Below, in pieces: positions 58,739 to 64,000 of a stretch of 64,000 nucleotides of DNA. The first letter of the stretch is position 1; every line of letters begins with the position of its first letter. The notes beneath the pieces are model-generated. The model saw only the letters and a list, made by a program, of their open reading frames with translations. It ran no database searches and was not told the origin of the DNA. The translations under genes were made by a program, and so were the position numbers. This DNA is from an uncultured Bacteroidota bacterium (GTDB taxonomy: Bacteria > Bacteroidota > Bacteroidia > Chitinophagales > Chitinophagaceae): assembly GCA_903831575.1 (NCBI GenBank), contig CAIKYB010000046.1, positions 16,986 to 80,985 on the forward strand, read 5' to 3'.

Positions 58739-59701
58739 ATGAAACTAAATACAACCTGCATAGCTGAGGAATTAAGCATCTTTGAGAAAAAATTTGCGGA
58801 GTCCATGAAAAGCCAGACTCCATTGCTCGACCTCGTTATGAAATACATTATAAAAAGGAAAGGAAAGCAAATTCGCCCGATGTTTATTTTTCTTTGTGCA
58901 AAACTTCACGGCGAAGTCAATGAAAGTACCTACAGAGCTGCTTCATTAGTTGAATTGCTTCATACAGCAACACTTGTGCACGATGATGTCGTGGATGAAT
59001 CTTTAGAACGAAGAGGTTTTTTTTCAATAAATGCTATCTGGAAAAACAAAATCGCTGTTTTGGTCGGTGATTATTTATTATCTAAAGGACTTTTGTTATC
59101 TACCTCTAATAATGACTTTCAACATCTTCACATTCTTTCTGAAGCTGTAAAGCAAATGAGTGAAGGCGAATTGCTTCAAATGGAAAAATCAAGGAAGTTA
59201 AATTTAAGCGAAGAGATTTATTTTGAAATTGTAAAAAACAAAACGGCTTCTTTACTTTCTTCAGCTTGCGCAGTTGGTGCCTACAGCACAAGTAATGATT
59301 CGAATATTACAGCACAAATGAAAATATTTGGTGAAAAAGTAGGGATTGCATTTCAAATCAAAGATGATTTATTTGACTATGGTAAGGATAAAATTGGCAA
59401 GCCAACCGGAAACGATATCAAGGAAAAAAAATTAACACTTCCGTTGATTTACACCTTAAATAAAGTTGATAAAACAACTAAAAGGAAGTTGATTTACATC
59501 ATCAAAAATGAAAACAAAAAAACCGTATCCGTTAATTTTGTATTGAAGTGTGTTGAAGAAAATGGTGGCATTGAGTATGCCGTAATCAAAATGAACCAAT
59601 ACAGAGATGAAGCAATTTCAATACTTAACCAATTCAATGATTCCCCTGTAAGAAAAGCGCTGGAGGAATTAGTGAGATTTACTACCGACCGAAAATACTG
59701 A
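58739..59701 (+). CDS. ispB: Long-chain polyprenyl (octaprenyl-like) diphosphate synthase
   Basis: KGKQIRP, LVHDDVVD, FQIKDDLFD, GKPTGND; ATG at 58739 preferred over the TTG at 58703. Confidence 0.85.
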   Translation: MKLNTTCIAEELSIFEKKFAESMKSQTPLLDLVMKYIIKRKGKQIRPMFIFLCAKLHGEVNESTYRAASLVELLHTATLVHDDVVDESLERRGFFSINAIWKNKIAVLVGDYLLSKGLLLSTSNNDFQHLHILSEAVKQMSEGELLQMEKSRKLNLSEEIYFEIVKNKTASLLSSACAVGAYSTSNDSNITAQMKIFGEKVGIAFQIKDDLFDYGKDKIGKPTGNDIKEKKLTLPLIYTLNKVDKTTKRKLIYIIKNENKKTVSVNFVLKCVEENGGIEYAVIKMNQYRDEAISILNQFNDSPVRKALEELVRFTTDRKY

Positions 59702-59703
59702 TA

Positions 59704-61407
59704 GTGGAAAAAAGATGGACTATTTTACCCGAACAAAAGCTGGAAACTGCACAATTAATTGACTCTTTAAAAATCAGCGCCCCTCTTTGTACCATTCTTG
59801 CTCAGAGAGGGTTTTCGAATTTTGATTTAGCGAAAAATTTCTTCAGGCCATCATTGCAAGCGCTCCATAGTCCCTGGCTGATGAAGGATATGGAAAAAGC
59901 TGTATCAAGAATAATAGCTGCTACTACCAATAAAGAAAAAATACTCGTCTTCGGAGATTACGACGTTGATGGCACTACTTCCGTTGCTTCTTTTTATCAA
60001 TTTCTTTCAAGCATTTACGATAAAGATTTCCTGGATTTTTATATCCCACACAGATACAAAGAAGGTTACGGTGTGAGTAAAATAGGAATTGATTTTGCTG
60101 CAGCAAATAATTTCACCTTGATTGTTTGTTTGGATTGCGGAATCAAATCTGTAGAACTTATCGGCTACGCGAAATCGTTAGGCATTGACTTTGTTATCTG
60201 CGACCATCATCTTCCAGGGAATATATTGCCCGACGCAAGTGCTATATTGAATCCTAAACAATCAGATTGCAATTACCCTTTCAAAGATTTATGTGGATGT
60301 GGTATAGGTTTTAAATTAATGATGGCGCTTACCGAAGAACTTGGTCTCGATGAGTCCTATTATTTGCAATATCTGGATCTGGTAGCCATTGCAATTGCAG
60401 CAGACATTGTCTCCATGAGTGGAGAAAATAGAATCCTAGCTTACTTCGGACTAGAGAAAATAAACAGTAATCCATCTTTGGGAATTAAAACCCTTATAAA
60501 ACTTGGAAGCCTTGAAAAGAAATTAACCATCCATAATGTTGTCTTTGTAATAGCCCCAAGAGTCAACGCTGCGGGAAGAATGGATGATGCCAAAAAAGCG
60601 GTTCAATTATTTATTGAACAAGACGAAGAAACATCACTGCTGCTTGGAGAACAACTTCAATCAGATAATACAGATCGAAAAGAAGCGGATAGTAGTATTA
60701 CTGAGGAAGCACTGGCTATCATAAACGAAAGCGAGGAATTGAAAAATAAAAAATCAAACGTTCTTTATCGGGAGAACTGGCATAAAGGAGTGGTGGGCAT
60801 TGTAGCATCAAGAGTTATCGAGCATTATTATAAGCCAACAATTGTACTTACAAAAAGTGATGGCATTGTTACAGGAAGTGCGAGAAGTGTAAAAGGATTT
60901 AATTTGTATGAAGCCATTTATGAATGTAAATCTTTACTCACAGTATTTGGCGGGCACTTTGCCGCAGCAGGACTTTCTATGTTACCGGAAAATGTAGAAG
61001 CATTCACCAATAAATTTGAAGAGGTAGTCAGCTCTATTATTACAGATGATTTACTCACACCTGAAATCGTAATTGATACTGTTGTCGAATTGAAGGAGCT
61101 GACAGAAAGTTTTTATAATATACTTTGTCAGATGGAACCTTTCGGACCAGATAATATGAGGCCGGTATTTATGTTGAAAAATGTCGTAGACTCTGGCTAT
61201 TCCGCTTTATTAAAAGACAAACATATTAAGTTCAGCATCCGTCAAGGAAATTATTCTATTTCAGGCATCGCATTCAATATGCTTGAAAAATTTCATGTTG
61301 TAAAATCAAAACAACCCTTTGATATCGTTTTCACACTTGATGAAAATGAATGGAATGGTAATAAAAAACTACAATTAATGGTGATAGATTGTAGAGTTAG
61401 CGAATAA
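59704..61407 (+). CDS. recJ: Single-stranded-DNA exonuclease RecJ
   Basis: GDYDVDG, DHH, PRVNAAGR, GSARS, GGHFAAAG. Confidence 0.96.
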   Translation: MEKRWTILPEQKLETAQLIDSLKISAPLCTILAQRGFSNFDLAKNFFRPSLQALHSPWLMKDMEKAVSRIIAATTNKEKILVFGDYDVDGTTSVASFYQFLSSIYDKDFLDFYIPHRYKEGYGVSKIGIDFAAANNFTLIVCLDCGIKSVELIGYAKSLGIDFVICDHHLPGNILPDASAILNPKQSDCNYPFKDLCGCGIGFKLMMALTEELGLDESYYLQYLDLVAIAIAADIVSMSGENRILAYFGLEKINSNPSLGIKTLIKLGSLEKKLTIHNVVFVIAPRVNAAGRMDDAKKAVQLFIEQDEETSLLLGEQLQSDNTDRKEADSSITEEALAIINESEELKNKKSNVLYRENWHKGVVGIVASRVIEHYYKPTIVLTKSDGIVTGSARSVKGFNLYEAIYECKSLLTVFGGHFAAAGLSMLPENVEAFTNKFEEVVSSIITDDLLTPEIVIDTVVELKELTESFYNILCQMEPFGPDNMRPVFMLKNVVDSGYSALLKDKHIKFSIRQGNYSISGIAFNMLEKFHVVKSKQPFDIVFTLDENEWNGNKKLQLMVIDCRVSE

Positions 61408-61480
61408 TGATGAGGTGAAACATTTTAATTTGATTTTTTTTAAGGCCTCAAAGTAAAATATTTTACCCCATCTTAAAGCA

Positions 61481-63298
61481 TTATACTAACATCAAATCTA
61501 CACTTCTCGAAATAAAGCTTGTCAAATTATTCCCAGTTAATAACCCTTGCGACAACAACGCCAAATCAGATAAATTCTTCGCTAATTTTTCCTGCTTTGC
61601 TGCATCTTGCTCAGCTAGAATGGTCTTCAAAATAGGATGATTCCCATTAATCGTTAAATTAACCTCATCAGGCATTTGTGCATACCAAGAGCCCATTCCA
61701 CCACCCATCGATGCCATATCTTTCATTCTTCTCATCAACTCTGGTCGTGTAGCCGTAACAGGTACGGTATCCTGACTCAATCCTTTTATTTCCACATGCA
61801 ATTGCAACCCATCTAATGGCTTATCAAACAATGTTTTTATTTTTTCTGTCTCTTCCTTTGTTAAAACACTTTCATTTGACTCCGATTTATCAATCAGATT
61901 ATCCACGATATCCGAATCCACTCTTACGAATTGCGAATTCTCCCACTTCATTTCTACGTTATTGATAAAGGCAGCATCTACAAGTGTTTCCATCTTCACG
62001 ACAACATAACCCCGTGCAGTAGCCTGTTGAATAAAGGCATCTTGTTGAACAGGATTAGTAGTATACAAAACAATCTGCTTGCCTTCTTTGTTTTTTTGCA
62101 AAGTTTCTGTTGCCATTTTGTATTCATCCATGGTATAAAATTTACCAGCGGAATCTTCCATTACAAAAAACTTATTCGCCTTATCCAAAAACTTATCATC
62201 AGTCATCATACCGTACTTCACAAACAACCCCAGACTTTCCCATTTCTCTTCAAATGATTTTCTGTCATTATTAAAAATCTCTTCTAATTTATCTGCAACT
62301 TTTTTAGTGATGTGGGCATTTATTTTTTTGACATTTGGATCACCTTGCAAATAACTTCTGCTGACATTTAACGGAATATCCGGACTGTCAATTACGCCGT
62401 GTAGTAACATTAAAAATTCAGGAACAATACCTTTTACCTCATCAGTTACAAATACCTGGTTGCAATACAATTGAATTTTATCTTTTTGTATTTCGTGGCT
62501 CTGTTTGATTTTAGGAAAGTATAAAACACCTGTAAGATTAAATGGATAATCTACATTGAGGTGAATCCAAAACAACGGCGCTTCTCCAAATGGATAAAGT
62601 TCTTTGTAAAAAGACTGGTAATCTTCTATTGTTAATTCGGATGGCTTTTTAGTCCAGGCCGGAACAGGATTATTAATTTGTTTATCTTCAAAAAAGATAG
62701 GTACAGGTAAGAATTTACAAAACTTTTCCAATACTGTCCTCACTCTATCTGCTTCTAAAAATTCAAGACTTTCTTCATTAAGATGCATTACAATTGTGGT
62801 GCCTCTGTCTTCTTTAGAGGTCTCTTCTAATACAAATTCAGGGCTGCCATCACACTCCCACTTTACAGCCTTTGTATCTTCTTTAAAACTTTTTGTTATT
62901 ACTTCTACTTTACTACTCACCATAAATGAGCTATAGAAACCAAGTCCGAAATGACCAATAATATTGGCTTCATTTTGACCTTTATATTTCTCCAGGAATT
63001 CTTCAGCACCACTAAATGCCACCTGGTTCAAATATTTATCAACCTCTTCTTCAGTCATCCCAATACCTCTATCTGCAATACTTAATGTTTTTTTATCCTT
63101 ATCAATAGTAATATCAATTCTCAACTCTCCAACATCCCCTTTCATTTCTCCTATCGAAGAAAGTGTTTTTAGTTTCTGTGTGGCATCAACTGCATTACTG
63201 ACAAGTTCTCTGATAAAAATGTCATGTTCACTGTAAAGAAACTTTTTAATTATTGGAAAAATATTTTCCGTTTGTACTCTTATACTTCCCTTTTGCAT
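61481..63298 (-). CDS. htpG: Molecular chaperone HtpG (Hsp90)
   Basis: FIRELVSNAVDA, DRGIGM, IGHFGLGFYS, PLNVSRSYLQ. Confidence 0.96.
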   Translation of the reverse strand: MQKGSIRVQTENIFPIIKKFLYSEHDIFIRELVSNAVDATQKLKTLSSIGEMKGDVGELRIDITIDKDKKTLSIADRGIGMTEEEVDKYLNQVAFSGAEEFLEKYKGQNEANIIGHFGLGFYSSFMVSSKVEVITKSFKEDTKAVKWECDGSPEFVLEETSKEDRGTTIVMHLNEESLEFLEADRVRTVLEKFCKFLPVPIFFEDKQINNPVPAWTKKPSELTIEDYQSFYKELYPFGEAPLFWIHLNVDYPFNLTGVLYFPKIKQSHEIQKDKIQLYCNQVFVTDEVKGIVPEFLMLLHGVIDSPDIPLNVSRSYLQGDPNVKKINAHITKKVADKLEEIFNNDRKSFEEKWESLGLFVKYGMMTDDKFLDKANKFFVMEDSAGKFYTMDEYKMATETLQKNKEGKQIVLYTTNPVQQDAFIQQATARGYVVVKMETLVDAAFINNVEMKWENSQFVRVDSDIVDNLIDKSESNESVLTKEETEKIKTLFDKPLDGLQLHVEIKGLSQDTVPVTATRPELMRRMKDMASMGGGMGSWYAQMPDEVNLTINGNHPILKTILAEQDAAKQEKLAKNLSDLALLSQGLLTGNNLTSFISRSVDLMLV

Positions 63299-63385
63299 AT
63301 TTTTTTAATTTGGATAACATAAAGTCAAATACAATACCATTTATTAATTTCTGTCAGCTTGACACAATAATTTTTATGGGGGCAC

Positions 63386-63413
63386 AAAAAAGGCCCTGCA
63401 TTTGCAGAGCCTT
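63386..63413 (-). terminator. Probable intrinsic terminator
   Basis: Minus strand AAGGCTCTGC-AAAT-GCAGGGCCTT followed by T-run. Confidence 0.7.
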
Positions 63414-63441
63414 GAAGATATTTTAATATTATGAGGAATAA

Positions 63442-64000
63442 CTAAAATGGTCTCCAGCCAAAAGGACCAGTATAATCGGCGATAAGAACCATTTTTTGAA
63501 TTCTGAATTCCGGACTTACTACTTGAAAAGAATACACACCACAAGATAATGTTGAAGGAAGAACAAAATTATCATCTATAAAATTAACGCCAAGCTGATA
63601 ATAAAGTGGCTTACTAAAAACTAATCTTCCAGAGATATCATAAATCCTAACTAGATAATGATCGGTTAAATTTATACCACTTAAAGTATAGTGAACAGAA
63701 CGACCACGAATCAATGGGTTGGAATAAATTGTTAAGCCAGTTGGAATAGCAGAAGTAATGAATAGTTTTTGCTCCCCATAAACTGTACTTGCATTATTAG
63801 AAACATAAGCTCTGTAATAATATGCAGTGTTCTGTACTAATCCAGAAAGGGTACTTGAGAAAGTAGAATCATTTGTATTTAAATTAGTTGAAGCCACTTT
63901 AATACCTGTTCCCAAAACAAAATTTTGGAAACTACTATACTCAATACCATATGATACGACCGGAGAACATCCTGCATCATCAATTTTACCTTTTATAATT
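63442..64000 (-). CDS. C-terminal part of a secreted protein with a fibronectin III-like domain and probable T9SS C-terminal sorting domain; 5' end outside window
   Basis: Frame open to window end; LVQNTAYYYRAYVSN..YG FN3-like motif; IYSNP...VRIYDISGRLV...L..GVY CTD pattern. Confidence 0.75.
   Translation of the reverse strand, partial: IIKGKIDDAGCSPVVSYGIEYSSFQNFVLGTGIKVASTNLNTNDSTFSSTLSGLVQNTAYYYRAYVSNNASTVYGEQKLFITSAIPTGLTIYSNPLIRGRSVHYTLSGINLTDHYLVRIYDISGRLVFSKPLYYQLGVNFIDDNFVLPSTLSCGVYSFQVVSPEFRIQKMVLIADYTGPFGWRPF

Overview
Core-genome window of an AT-rich Bacteroidota bacterium, probably Chitinophagaceae-like. This assignment rests on TAnnTTTG promoters, Gln after signal peptides, a PorD/T9SS cargo gene and a Bacteroidota-type omega subunit. 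It holds about 58 mostly housekeeping CDS, including ccmE/ccmF, bshB1, glnS, dapF, nhaA, rnr, serA, ychF, trhO, the infA-rpmJ-rpsM-rpsK-rpsD-rpoA-rplQ operon, tgt, rsmG, rsmI, pckA, scoAB, coaBC, rpoZ, bamD, recJ and htpG. It also has tRNA-Cys(GCA) and RNase P RNA. No transposase, integrase, prophage, CRISPR or defence gene was recognised. The unexplained structure is non-coding. (1) A pervasive set of short-period repeats (7, 8, 9 and 11 nt) shows sense-strand polarity: G/T-rich units at or overlapping stop codons, C/A-rich units before starts. These repeats also enter coding sequence. (2) Two 94-bp direct copies of a composite of these repeats bracket a two-gene XRE cassette. (3) A 155-bp element with terminal inverted repeats lies downstream of rplQ. 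(4) A clean H-type pseudoknot sits just upstream of rpsD. All alignments and folds were done by eye; no searches were run.
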